Notes: generated from the sequence alone by a model not told the origin. 63,297 bases of DNA, filler included, from Octopus bimaculoides (GCF_001194135.2; 6 parts of 5 records of this genome joined end to end with filler, not necessarily neighbours in it); one strand, 5' to 3'; numbered from the whole stretch's first letter, positions 1 through 12,730 are shown. Translations and numbers: made by a program.

Positions 1-10
1 ATATATATGC

Positions 11-205
11 GTGTATGCTTGGCAACAAGTATTGGTTTGTTTATATCTCTGTAAGCTAGAGGTTCGGCAATAGAGACCGAAATAACAAGTACTAGGCTTG
101 AAAAAATAATTACTGGGGTCGATATATTTGACTAAAATCCCTATAGGCGGTGTCCCAGCATGGCTGCTGTCTAATAACTGAAATAAGTACAAGACAAAAG
201 ATGAT
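11..205 (+). mobile_element. tRNA-derived SINE, family S1 (3' half)
   Basis: Diverged match to the family tail seen at 7400-7605 (aagtactaggctt...ggggtcgat...ggcggtg.cccagcatggc...aagtaaaaga). Confidence 0.75.
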
Positions 206-611
206 AGTAATATTATGAAATAAAGACAGAAACAAGATAAAATATAATAGAATGAAATCATTGTTAGAACAAGCTTTCTAAAACTTATAAATGTAATAAA
301 TTTGTCGTAATTGGTGTTCTTAGGAATATAGCGATGTTTGTGGCGACAGATGTTGTATGTAAATCTACGTCGTGGAAATACAAACAGGAAAAATGTAATT
401 ATTTCACCGTAGGTTGGAAAAAGAAACTGTTAAACACCCTTAATTGAGTTTCCAAATCTATTGGGTTGTCATCGGATGTATTTACACCATTTGTCCAATC
501 TCAGGTAAATAAGCGGTCAATCTATTTATATACAGAACCAATCCAGTAGCTACAGAGAACTGCGGTTCCTAATTTGCATACCATAAATATTAACTCTTTA
601 TTTAATATCGA

Positions 612-794
612 TTTCAAACTTTGGCCCAAGGTCAGCAAGTTGGGCGAAGGACTCAACTGGTATCTATTTTATCGACCTCGAAAGGATGAAAGACAAGACC
701 TACCTCGGCGGAATTTAAACTCAGAACGTGAAGTCGGACGAAATGCCGCTCAGCAATTTGCTTGGCGAGCTAACGATTCTGCCAGCTCGCCGCC
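612..794 (-). mobile_element. tRNA-derived SINE, family S2
   Basis: Reverse complement reads ggcgagctggcagaatcgttagc...ttctgagtttaaattccgccgagg...ctttcatcctttcgagg, as in copies at 10078, 26028 and 34115. Confidence 0.85.
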
Positions 795-886
795 TTGACG
801 CTTTATTTAAAATCAGAGGCCTGTCAACGTGGATTTCAGTCCACACAGTATCAAAATATGATATATAATGTATGTGAATCTCAAAT

Positions 887-1034
887 CACTGAGGTAACCG
901 TAGAGAATATATTTCTCTTAAAGTAAAAAGGTGTGAAAACACCCGGTTTATTCAGTGTCGCGATACTGAACGAACCAGGTGTTTTCACATCTTTTAACCA
1001 TAAGAGAGATATATTCTTCACAGTAACTGCAGTG
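887..1034. mobile_element. Foldback MITE-like element, probably Tc1/mariner-type (CACTG...CAGTG-TA)
   Basis: Two ~70-bp inverted arms (~80% identical) around the 8-nt spacer gtcgcgat; TA follows the right end. Confidence 0.65.
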
Positions 1035-1530
1035 TATTTGTATTTTAGTAGTTGAAATATGTCACAAACATATTTCAACTAACCTAAATTCTACCTATGC
1101 CTAAACACTGCTTAGCGCTAACATTTCGATATGTAAACCTACATAGTAAAAACACTAACATGGCAACAACAAACGATGAACAACCGTAATCGAGTCCCCA
1201 AACTTATAGGGTTATCATCAGAGGCGTTTGCATCATTTGGCAAATTCTACAGCGTGTTAAATCATATATTAGTAGTAAAGATATGGGGAGCTGGCATATA
1301 TGTACTCCTGTTTCTATGTGTACTTTGTACATAAATATATAAGTGCGTGTACTCTCATGCATACGTGCGTATGTTGTTACTTATATCTTGCAAATGCTGC
1401 ATGGCTCGCTATTTCTAATGCGCAGTATCCGTATAGAGCGGCCACTAGGCGGCCGCAATGCTTTCGCAAACCGAAAAAAAAATCTTCACCTGCGATGTTC
1501 TCTTCTTGGGCCGCATCAAGTTACTTTAAT

Positions 1531-1534
<4 letters not shown>

Positions 1535-1567
<33 letters not shown>

Positions 1568-1717
1568 TTGTGAGTGTGTAGTTGAAATGAGAGCATGTTT
1601 ATACATAAATTGGGCGAACATTTTTGAATAAAGGGCTCATTACAAGTCTGATATTATTCCTAATTTTATTGACATTGACTTCGAAATTTCACCAGACGAG
1701 ATACATGTGTGTGTGTG

Positions 1718-1784
<67 letters not shown>

Positions 1785-1792
1785 GTGCGTGC

Positions 1793-1824
<32 letters not shown>

Positions 1825-1920
1825 GAATGCATGTATGTATGTATGTATGTACGTATGTATATGTATGGGTGTATGTATGTCAGCGCGTATATGTATGTGT
1901 GTAAAGATTGTATATATGTA
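1535..1920. repeat. (TG)n and (TATG)n microsatellite cluster
   Basis: Directly visible tandem repeats. Confidence 0.95.
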
Positions 1921-2071
1921 TGTACATCTGTTTCTGTTACAGATTATAAATGAAAATGGAAGATAGTATACCTACTATTTACTTTACTCATATATTTATT
2001 TTAACTGGATTTGATTGCTATTCATGTATGACACTACGCGATATTTATACACACATACATTCATACATACC

Positions 2072-2144
<73 letters not shown>

Positions 2145-2418
2145 NNNNNNNNNNNNNNNNNNNNNNNNNNNNNNNNNNNNNNNNNNNNNNNNNNNNNNNN
2201 NNNNNNNNNNNNNNNNNNNNNNNNNNNNNNNNNNNNNNNNNNNNNNNNNNNNNNNNNNNNNNNNNNNNNNNNNNNNNNNNNNNNNNNNNNNNNNNNNNNN
2301 NNNNNNNNNNNNNNNNNNNNNNNNNNNNNNNNNNNNNNNNNNNNNNNNNNNNNNNNNNNNNNNNNNNNNNNNNNNNNNNNNNNNNNNNNNNNNNNNNNNN
2401 NNNNNNNNNNNNNNNNNN

Positions 2419-2466
<48 letters not shown>

Positions 2467-2899
2467 CATACATACATACATACATACATACGTACATATA
2501 TAATATTTGTTTTGAACTTGTTTGCTTTTTGTAACCCCATTGTGGTGATAAGTTTTACTAATTTTACAATATAATATTTTCCATTATTATTTTTCTATCT
2601 TGTATTATTCCCGTATGAATTTTGTATAATATATTATTTTATATTCTCGTATTTTGGGTAATATATGCCAACGTTCTCATATCATATTAATGAACATTTC
2701 CTTTGTCATACGTTTTATAAAGGAATTTTTTTTTATCTATGTTTATGTGTAAGCTGTTTGCTCTTAATTTATTGCCACGTTCTTTTAGTTTGTTTTTTTC
2801 CCCTAACAAAACATTATTTCTTGTAATCATATCATATACTTACTTAATGTATGTAAACATCTTTTGATATATTTTAAACTATGTACACACACAAACAAA

Positions 2900-2959
<60 letters not shown>

Positions 2960-3319
2960 CACACACACATACACATATACACATACAAAATCCGGCATCT
3001 GTGTGTGAGTATGCGATGTTACATCACGTGGCGAACGACATATGTTTGTTCAACACAAGTGGTCTTTCAAATGATGGCGTACACGTATTAACGAAAACGC
3101 CGATGATGCACTAAAATGAAGAACAACCAAAAGACACACATGCACATACACACGTGGGCGCGCCACATACTCATACGCGCACTCACACGCACGCATACTC
3201 ATACACCCACACACAAGGATCGTTCCGAAAAAATGAAAAAAATGGGCATAGATTTTTTTATTGACTAGTAGAGGTCCTTCAAATTGCACATCTTAGGTGA
3301 AATAACTCTTCCTCTATGT

Positions 3320-3405
3320 CAGTGGTTTTCAGCCAGGGTCTACGTGGCCCTTTGGGAGTTCATAGAAAATTTTGTTGCTAAACTTTATGTGCAACAAATT
3401 AGTTA
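3320..3405 (+). mobile_element. Possible hAT-type terminal relic (CAGTGGTTTTCA...)
   Basis: Begins cagtggttttcagccagggtc, resembling the CAGTGGTTCTCAA termini of hAT/Charlie elements; similar starts at 9147 and 29180. No partner TIR was found. Confidence 0.35.
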
Positions 3406-3524
3406 AACGTCTACTTACCATATGGTTCCGGGTTCAGTTCCACTGCGTGGCACCTTCGGCAGTATCTTCTACTATAGCCTCAGGTTGACCAAAGCCTTGA
3501 GAGTGGATTTGGTAGACAGATGTA

Positions 3525-3570
<46 letters not shown>
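3405..3570 (+). mobile_element. SINE S1, 5' part ending in its internal (TG)n
   Basis: ggttccgggttcagttccactgcgtggcacc...tcttctactatagcc...aaagccttgagagtggatttggtagac. Confidence 0.8.
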
Positions 3571-3573
<3 letters not shown>

Positions 3574-3579
3574 CTTATT

Positions 3580-3724
3580 GCTTTACTGCTCACAAGGGGC
3601 TACACACAGAGGGGATAAACAAGAACAGACAAACGGATTAAGCCGATTATATCGACCCAAGTGCGTAACTGGTACTTATTTAATCGACCCCGAAAGGATG
3701 AAAGGCAAAGTCGACCTCGGCGGA
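3580..3724 (-). mobile_element. SINE S2 fragment
   Basis: ctggtacttatttaatcgaccccgaaaggatgaaaggcaaagtcgacctcggcgg core. Confidence 0.8.
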
Positions 3725-4454
3725 GGATAAAGCCCACGTATAAAGCCCACTTTGAGGATAAAGCCCACGTATAAAGAAAAACAACACATAAATAAAGGGA
3801 TAAAAATAAGAATAAAATATTACTGAACGGTACACGATTAGTAACTGAAAGTTGAAAACTGGTGTGAGAGATTTGATTACATGTCTGTTATAGATAAGAG
3901 TTTGGGAATTCATTGCAACAGTTTTCGTCGTCATCGTCGTCGTTGTCGTTGTTGTTGTTGTTATTGTTGTTAAGCTCCAGGTCATCCTTAATGTACAAGA
4001 ACTATGAATCAAAGGAATCTTAATGGCGGTCATCCGGTATTTTTGTATAGAAGGGACTATTTAGTCCAAAGTATTCTTACTTTTTACCGTTTTTTTTGTG
4101 AAGTGGAAGGTGTGATGTAAGACCTGGCTACCATTTCCAGCAAGGCGAGTGACTGTGTCGAGGCTTCTTTGTCGACTTACAGTATTGTTGCCGATTTTGT
4201 TACTACTGCTTCTACTTAGACTGTAGATCAACCGGAAGATCATATATAATAGTGTAGTGTCTAGCCCATCGGATGTGCTATTTCTGTAAGATTGTAAGGG
4301 TTACCTAACGTCAGCAATATGTGTAGAGTTTCAGCTTTGCACATCTTATTTGTTACATAGTCTATCTTTTGGCGTATACACCACAATAGATTTAGAAACT
4401 AGTAATATATGATCCAGCCAGGTTTCCCTGTTAAGTAATGTGAGTCTTCGCAAT

Positions 4455-4922
4455 CTCTTCTAAAAATTTCTACCATGCTGATTTCCAAAAGGCTTGCAAC
4501 AGGACGTTGCACCATGCCACACAAGCAGGAGAACCCAGTTATGGGTGTCATACAATTTCTGCGACCACATCACCCCTAACATCTCGCCACCTAATCCTGG
4601 CTGCACCTTTCATTATCATATGTGGGGTGCAGCTGAGCGAGAGACCAACAAAATTCTTTGTAACACCAAAGATGAACTGAAGGCAGGGATTGTGGCAGCA
4701 TGCACCAACTTAAGCAAGGAGACCATCCAGGGGAGTTGCAGGAGGTTCCGAAGTCGTCTGGAGGCCACGGTTGAAGCCAATGGCGATTTTATTGAATAAA
4801 TTTACTCGCTAGTATTTCAAGATACTTTTATGCAAGTTTAGTAAATATATCTGTTAAAATGAGATGTCAGTGTTATTTTTATTTTTGCGTAATTTAGACG
4901 ACAGTTTATTCACCGCACCCTG
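4455..4922 (+). mobile_element. maT-type (DD37D) Tc1/mariner transposon, internally deleted 3' part with terminal repeat
   Basis: ORF 4494-4799 gives QQDVAPCHTSRRTQ...YHMWGAAERETNK...EANGDFIE; ends ttcaccgcaccctg|TA; is the reverse-complement homologue of 35795-36200. Confidence 0.9.
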
Positions 4923-4954
4923 TATNNNNNNNNNNNNNNNNNNNNNNNNNNNNN

Positions 4955-4990
<36 letters not shown>

Positions 4991-5638
4991 TATGTATGTA
5001 TATGTCTGTGCACATCTGTGTATGCGTGTGTGTGGGTATGTAAATACTTTAGCATAACGTCCAACGGCGCTTCGTTATATCCATGTAAAATACCCTTGAC
5101 TCTCGTTTGACCTCGCAAGAGTTAAACTATCAAAGAAATACTATCGAAATATGTATTAGAATGAGTTACGCAAAATATAATTGACCAGTGTTTCGTATGT
5201 TTACTATCCTGATCCAAATCCTACCAGGGATTAGATTATGAAAACACTCCTTGTACTGTGAACAAAGCTAACCACTCATAAATAATTATATCTGATTAGA
5301 AAAGTTAAACAACATGATACTATTTATCACGATTGCGTGACGTATCTACATACGTCCCTCGATTTTCATTGGAGGGAAAATGGGATGTCAAAATTGGAGA
5401 TAAAACAAATGTTGATTTATATTTTGATTTCACACGGCTTAGTGAATTGAAACATTTGGGAATTAAGCGAAGGTAAGACTGGCTTCAAAATGATAAAGTC
5501 TTGGGGTCGCACTCACTGCGCGACACCGTAGGAAAGAAAGTTGTTGCTACCCAAAGCTCTGGATTTACTAATGTCTTATAGTTCAAACTTGGTGGACGGA
5601 AACTGAGCGGAAACCTGTTTCATGAATGTAAACGTAAA

Positions 5639-5640
<2 letters not shown>

Positions 5641-5696
<56 letters not shown>

Positions 5697-5716
5697 GAAA
5701 GAAAGAAAGAAAAATA

Positions 5717-5756
<40 letters not shown>

Positions 5757-5870
5757 GAGAGTGAGACACATACAGAGAATGAGAGAGAGACAGACAGACA
5801 GCGTGTGTTTGTGTGTGTAATGCCAATATATACATAGATACATATATTTATGTGTGTGTGCGTGTGTGTG

Positions 5871-5906
<36 letters not shown>

Positions 5907-5925
5907 TGTATGTATGTATGTATGT

Positions 5926-5975
<50 letters not shown>
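5641..5975. repeat. Compound microsatellites (GT)n(GA)n(GAAA)n, (TATG)n(TAGA)n
   Basis: Directly visible. Confidence 0.95.
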
Positions 5976-6137
5976 GCATAAATGCGTCTGTTTTCTTTTT
6001 GGGGATCAGAGAATGTCGATAAAGCTATAAATGATATTTAACGCTTTATCTGATTCGCGATTCACCTTCCAAAACTGAATTGTTACACGTTCTCTCGAGG
6101 TTTCTAAATTTTTATATGCCATCAACTTATATTTATA

Positions 6138-6182
<45 letters not shown>

Positions 6183-6572
6183 TTATCTTTGTATGTATGG
6201 CTCGCGTGTCTATTACAGAGTTTTTGGAAACCTTCAATCTCAAGTCCTGCCCTAATCATTGGTTCATTCGTTCCATTAACTCGTTGAGATCACTTCCTCA
6301 TCTACTGTTGCAGTCATTTAACCCAGACCAGACCCAAGAAAGGAAGGGCATCCGAACACTGACCATGCTATCTCATTCAAAGCAATAGTACACCTTGGAC
6401 TACGTCATCCAAGTTACCCTTTTTCAAGATGGATATATCGTTTGACGGAAATTCGGTTGCTATTTCTTGCAGCCAAATCGTGTTTTCTTGCAGCCAATCA
6501 TGTTTTCTTTAAAAAGGAAAACTTCAAAATCAAATATTGTTGTTTTTTTATTCACAGTGATCACCTTGCAGC

Positions 6573-6658
6573 TATATAAGTTAACATCAATCACATCAAT
6601 TTGATCGATCTTGAGAGGTCATATGCACAGTTCCTGCCTGCTGATTGAAAACCATCAA
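6573..6658 (-). repeat. Inverted copy of the repeat terminus at 8217-8311
   Basis: 86 bp matching the reverse complement of 8217-8311 with 3 substitutions and one 9-bp indel. Confidence 0.9.
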
Positions 6659-7283
6659 AATATAAGTTTGTGGTTCCACGCCTGTGATTGGAATCATAGG
6701 AGTTATTAGAGACACATTAGAGTTCAGTATGTCATTGTTTTCTAATTTCTAATAAAGTGATTTTTCTTTTTTACTGCAATATCTTGCGTAAAGAAGATTC
6801 AAAACAAATAAACACTAAAACACGCATGATGGTAGCTATACATACATANNNNNNNNNNNNNNNNNNNNNNNNNNNNNNNNNNNNNNNNNNNNNNNNNNNN
6901 NNNNNNNNNNNNNNNNNNNNNNNNNNNNNNNNNNNNNNNNNNNNNNNNNNNNNNNNNNNNNNNNNNNNNNNNNNNNNNNNNNNNNNNNNNNNNNNNNNNN
7001 NNNNNNNNNNNNNNNNNNNNNNNNNNNNNNNNNNNNNNNNNNNNNNNNNNNNNNNNNNNNNNNNNNNNNNNNNNNNNNNNNNNNNNNNNNNNNNNNNNNN
7101 NNNNNNNNNNNNNNNNNNNNNNNNNNNNNNNNNNNNNNNNNNNNNNNNNNNNNNNNNNNNNNNNNNNNNNNNNNNNNNNNNNNNNNNNNNNNNNNNNNNN
7201 NNNNNNNNNNNNNNNNNNNNNNNNNNNNNNNNNNNNNNNNNNNNNNNNNNNNNNNNNNNNNNNNNNNTATATATATATATATA

Positions 7284-7605
7284 TTGGGCAAGTGTATTCT
7301 ACTATAGCCTCGGGCCGACCAAAGCCTTGTGAGTAGATTTGGTCGACGGAAACTGAAAGAAGCCCGTCGTATATATGTATGTGTGTGTATATGTTTGTGT
7401 GTCTGTGTTTGTCACCCCAACGTCGCTTGACAACCGATGCTGGTGTGTTTCCGTTCCCGTAACTTAGCGGTTCGGCAAAAGAGAACGATAGAATAAGTAC
7501 TAGGCTTACAAAGAATAAGTCCTGGAGTCGATTTACTCGACTAAAAGCGGTGCTCCAGCATGGCCGCAGTCAAATGACTGAAGCAAGTAAAAGAGTAAAA
7601 AGAGT
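7284..7605 (+). mobile_element. SINE S1, near-consensus copy (5' end lost in gap)
   Basis: ttgggcaagtgtattctactatagcctcgggccgacc...internal (TG)...aataagtactaggcttacaaagaataagtcc...ccagcatggccgcagtcaaatgactg...aagtaaaagagtaaaagag. Confidence 0.95.
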
Positions 7606-8088
7606 GATATATAGAAGAAAATGGATATAATAACAAAGGGAAACTCGTGGTTTTCGCTTGTATGTAATATATGTGATATATAATATGTAATATAATATAT
7701 ATATTAATAGTAATGGTAAGACAACAAATGAATGTGCATGTGTGTGTGTGGATATGCATACGTGTACATGCATGGTTGCATATACATGTGCATCTAGTGG
7801 CGTATGTGTGGATGCGCTTGTATGTGTTTCATGCGAGTGTGTGTGAGCATATGCATATAGGCACATGTACATGGGTGTGCGTGCGTGCATGTGTATGTAT
7901 GTATGTACATGCGTGCATACGCGACTGCTCTGAGCATTTTTACTTCTTTACTTTTTACTTCCTCCCCTTCGGTTTTTTCTCCCTTATTTAGCGGTCATTC
8001 TAATAGCTCTTTTGTCTTAATAACGGTCAATTACATAGTAATTTCCCTTTGTTTAACAGTCATTTTCATAGCATATTTTGATTGCCTC

Positions 8089-8149
8089 GATAACTAACGA
8101 GATGCCGCAGCAGGTTTCCGCCCTGACATCCGAAACTCAGAGTCTTATT
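8089..8149 (+). ncRNA. Hammerhead ribozyme relic (type I, core G5>A)
   Basis: gataa CTAACGA gatgcc...gacatcc GAA ACT cag AGT C ttatt: stem I ATAA/TTAT, stem III ACT/AGT, GUC triplet; core G5 mutated and stem II offset by one base. Confidence 0.55.
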
Positions 8150-8183
8150 ATGGCAACTGAATAATTGTCACATATTATATAAC

Positions 8184-8219
<36 letters not shown>

Positions 8220-8817
8220 ATGGTTTTCGGTCAGCAGGCAGGAACTGTGCAAATGACCTCTCAAGATCGATCAAATTGATGTGATTGATGTGATTGATGT
8301 TAACTTATATANNNNNNNNNNNNNNNNNNNNNNNNNNNNNNNNNNNNNNNNNNNNNNNNNNNNNNNNNNNNNNNNNNNNNNNNNNNNNNNNNNNNNNNNN
8401 NNNNNNNNNNNNNNNNNNNNNNNNNNNNNNNNNNNNNNNNNNNNNNNNNNNNNNNNNNNNNNNNNNNNNNNNNNNNNNNNNNNNNNNNNNNNNNNNNNNN
8501 NNNNNNNNNNNNNNNNNNNNNNNNNNNNNNNNNNNNNNNNNNNNNNNNNNNNNNNNNNNNNNNNNNNNNNNNNNNNNNNNNNNNNNNNNNNNNNNNNNNN
8601 NNNNNNNNNNNNNNNNNNNNNNNNNNNNNNNNNNNNNNNNNNNNNNNNNNNNNNNNNNNNNNNNNNNNNNNNNNNNNNNNNNNNNNNNNNNNNNNNNNNN
8701 NNNNNNNNNNNNNNNNNNNNNNNNNNNNNNNNNNNNNNNNNNNNNNNNNNNNNNNNNNNNNNNNNNNNNNNNNNNNNNNNNNNNNNNNNNNNNNNNNNNN
8801 NNNNNNNNNNNNNNNNN

Positions 8818-8980
8818 GATGGATGGATGGATGGATAGATAGATAGAGATAGATAGATAGATAGATAGATAGAGATAGATATATGGATAAGTGGATGGAT
8901 GGATAGATGGATGGATGGATAGATAGATGGATGGATGGATGGATGGATGGATGGATGGATGGATGGATGGATGGATGGAC
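8818..8980. repeat. (GATG)n/(GATA)n tetranucleotide array
   Basis: Directly visible. Confidence 0.95.
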
Positions 8981-10077
8981 GTTCTCTTCTATTTTTAATT
9001 ACTTGAATTCTTCTCCTGAGAAATGAGCTGGTTTTTAATAACTGCTGGCCTTGCTCGAAAATTTGAAACCATTATTTATTTGCACTATCAAAAACATTTA
9101 TTTATTCTGTGTGAGTCTTACTTTTTATCTCAAATTGCCAACGAGATCAGTGGTTCTTAAACTTTGGATCGGAAATACGAGGCAAGTAATCAAAAATTCG
9201 TTCTCCTTAGAACATTTCTTGTGATCAGCACCATAATTCCTACAAACGATTATGAAGATATCGTTGAGCTCATCAACTTGAATCTAGAACAAAATATCCA
9301 AAGTTAGAATAGTTCTTTCTTATTTTCGCACAAATTAGCATTTACAATCATGCTCTCTTTCTTTCTTTCTCTCTCTCTCTCTCTCTTTCTCTCACTCAGT
9401 CTCTCTCTCTCTCTTTCCTTTCTCTCTCGCTTTTCCTCACACACACACGCACACACACCTTATTTCTTCTTTTTCTTTCTTTCTTTTGCCAAATTATATT
9501 TCACACCCTGTAACTATATAAAGGCTTCAGAAAATTAGGATGTCTTTCATGTGAACGAAGGAAAGGTCATTTATAAATGTAATCCTTATTTTGCGTCCAG
9601 TTAAACGTATTCTTTACAAACAGGAAATGGGCAAACTGCATTGTGAATTTAACCTGAAGATGACAACAAAGGAATATAATAGTGTGATATTTGCAGACAA
9701 ATAATGACCGAAAATGACCAGCAAATATATAAAGTTCTTCTCTACTATAATATCTGATTAGACAGTAGACAGATAAAGGTCTCTTTGCTTCATATTGCCA
9801 ATGAAAAACTTAATATATTACCAGAAATCTACAACAAAAGAAAGAAAATTTCGTTAAGACGACAGGTCATTGAGATGGTTATGGAATCAAATTAGAATAT
9901 TTCTATTCACTATTTTTGTTTGCAACGTATTCTGGAAATGAATTGTGCAGTTTAACTAACTGTACGCACGTGTTCACACTCGCACACGCATACGCATAAA
10001 CACGCGCGCGCATGTATATATTGTATATACATATACATATACATACATATATATATATACAGATATATATATACATA

Positions 10078-10280
10078 TACAGAATCGTTAGCACGCCAGG
10101 CAAAATGCTTAACAGCAATTCGTCCATCATCATGATCTAAGTTCAAATTCTGTCGTAGTCAACTTTGCTTTTCACCTTTGGGAGTTCATAAAAATAAGGA
10201 TCATGTGAGCACTGGAGCCAACGTAATCGACTTGCCCCCACTCCAAAATTTCAGGCCTTATCCCTATAGTAGAAAGGATT
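10078..10280 (+). mobile_element. SINE S2 (diverged)
   Basis: cagaatcgttagcacgccaggcaaaatgctt...aagttcaaattc...aatcgacttgccccc...aaaatttcaggcctt. Confidence 0.8.
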
Positions 10281-10419
10281 AAGGAATATTTAGAACGTCG
10301 AAAAATTGCCATTCATTATTTGTTCCAGCTCTTTACATTCTGAGTTCAATTCCTACGGGAGCCATCTTCGTCTTTCATCTCTTGTTTTCCTTCAGTAGCG
10401 GGAGTGAGAGAAGATATGT

Positions 10420-10975
10420 GCCGTTGGTTTGGCGTAAGTTTTTCTATACACTGATACTACGGCTGCATCCTGTCTTGTGTGCTGAAGTTTGCTGCTGTAC
10501 TCCGTCTTCGAATGCAGGAAATAATGTCACATCAAACGGTGAAGCAGCTTCCTAGATGTTTCAGACCCTTCCACGACAGCATCCGAGACCATCCACTGAT
10601 GAAGGTGACAAAACTCCTGCACAACAACACGAGCTTGCTTGAGTCAGATGTTGCGACTCTGGGCCCGATGTTTCTACCATCCTGAATGCTCGTTCTTGCT
10701 GCACCAATTATTCTCTCTTGAACCAGATGTAATGGCTTGCTTTCTCAGAAGCTTCCGACAATCTTCTTTGGACGCCTTTTCTTTCCTTAGCAGCTAATCC
10801 AAGATACTTGAGCATAGAGCGAACCTTGGCTTCGAAAAATCCTCTAGCATATTACCTGCCATCCTTTGCTTTCACAGAATATAACCAACTCACAATACTT
10901 TCTGTCTTTCTTGAGGAAAGCATCTTCCGTTGTCACTTCCTAGAATTGCGTGGTCGAGCTACCCTTCGTTATAAT
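10420..10975 (-). mobile_element. RLE non-LTR retrotransposon 3' fragment, HERO-like
   Basis: Manual translation EDAFLKKDRKYCELVIFCESKGW...RGFFEAKVRSMLKYLGLAAKERKGVQRRLSEASEKASHYIWFKRE* resembles the HERO-type C-terminus; followed by a 3' UTR. Confidence 0.75.
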
Positions 10976-12015
10976 TATTCCTATTGGTTATTAGAGTCGC
11001 AGACAAAATGTCATTCTTTTGCGTTATTTGTTCCAAATCTTTACATTTTAAGTTTGAATCCCGCTGAAGGATTTATCTTTTCAGCATCGATAAAATAAAG
11101 TACAAGTCAAATACAAAATTATGTAAAAGTCAGGTACTCAGTTTTTGATATAGTAGGCTGTTTTTTTTTTGTTTTTTTTTTTACTTTTAAATAGTTTTTG
11201 GCATTGTGTCTGTGTCAGAAACACTTCTTATATATGGATATACGTATGCGCGCGCACGGGTGTGAATGTGTGCGTGCGTGCGTGAGTGTGTGTGTTCGTA
11301 AGTACGTGTGTGTGTGTGTATTAAAAAAACAAAAAAAGGGAAAGCGCTTTGCGAATAAATGAAAAAGGATATTTACATTACGTGTATGTGTGTGTGTGTA
11401 TACATACACACACATATACATATACACACATTTAAGTATGTATGTGTAAATGAATGTAAATATATACGCATGTATGTTAGAGTGTGATTATCATTTGAAG
11501 GCATGATTATTTCCAATGAACATGCGCTTCTCTTTATTCTTTCATTTTGCCTACGCGTGCCAAACACTTTCGTCACACTCCTATGACATTTTTCATTGAT
11601 TTCTGCCACTTCTATCGGATTTTTCAAATGATCAACCCTTATGCACTGACTATATTTATTCTTTCTCCTCATTTCTTTATATATTCTTTATTTGTACTGC
11701 ATTTATTTTTGTGTTATAATGCCAATGTTACTCGCATATGAGATTTTTTTTTTTTTTTGTTAATCAAAGAGTATATGTTCAGAGCAGAAACTGAAGTGTA
11801 TATCTGTCTATTTTAAAAACAGTTAATGTGTGATATTTTAGATTATAGATTTACGCTATTTCTCAATTACTCTAAGCTATGACACCATTGATAATTGTTG
11901 CAATTACGTTCTAATTATATTGCAAACCCATACATATATACATGTATAAATATAGATATATATGTATATATGAGTGTGTTTGTGCATATGTATATAGGTA
12001 GATGTATATGTATAT

Positions 12016-12070
<55 letters not shown>

Positions 12071-12432
12071 NNNNNNNNNNNNNNNNNNNNNNNNNNNNNN
12101 NNNNNNNNNNNNNNNNNNNNNNNNNNNNNNNNNNNNNNNNNNNNNNNNNNNNNNNNNNNNNNNNNNNNNNNNNNNNNNNNNNNNNNNNNNNNNNNNNNNN
12201 NNNNNNNNNNNNNNNNNNNNNNNNNNNNNNNNNNNNNNNNNNNNNNNNNNNNNNNNNNNNNNNNNNNNNNNNNNNNNNNNNNNNNNNNNNNNNNNNNNNN
12301 NNNNNNNNNNNNNNNNNNNNNNNNNNNNNNNNNNNNNNNNNNNNNNNNNNNNNNNNNNNNNNNNNNNNNNNNNNNNNNNNNNNNNNNNNNNNNNNNNNNN
12401 NNNNNNNNNNNNNNNNNNNNNNATAGATAGAC

Positions 12433-12486
<54 letters not shown>

Positions 12487-12524
12487 GCGTATGTACATAC
12501 ATACATACATACATGGAGAAATGA

Positions 12525-12730
12525 TGAGAAAGCAACAGCTTTTATATCTAGGCTATAGATTTTCAAGCATTCCTATTATCATAGGTGCATTCGGCTACAT
12601 GACAACAGATTTATGCACGAACCTAGAAATACCCGGATTTTCCAAAAGAGAACAGAGCATCTGCATTTTCCAAATACATTCGATCGGAAGAACCAGGAAA
12701 ATTTGTAAGATTTTTTAGGGTTTCTCCAAG
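12525..12730 (+). mobile_element. RLE non-LTR retrotransposon C-terminal fragment
   Basis: ORF 12491-12718 contains YRFSSIPIIIGAFGYMTTDLCTNLE...GRTRKICKIF*, similar to the P-x-[IV]-x-GALG and terminal KICKxF motifs of RLE LINEs. Confidence 0.6.
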
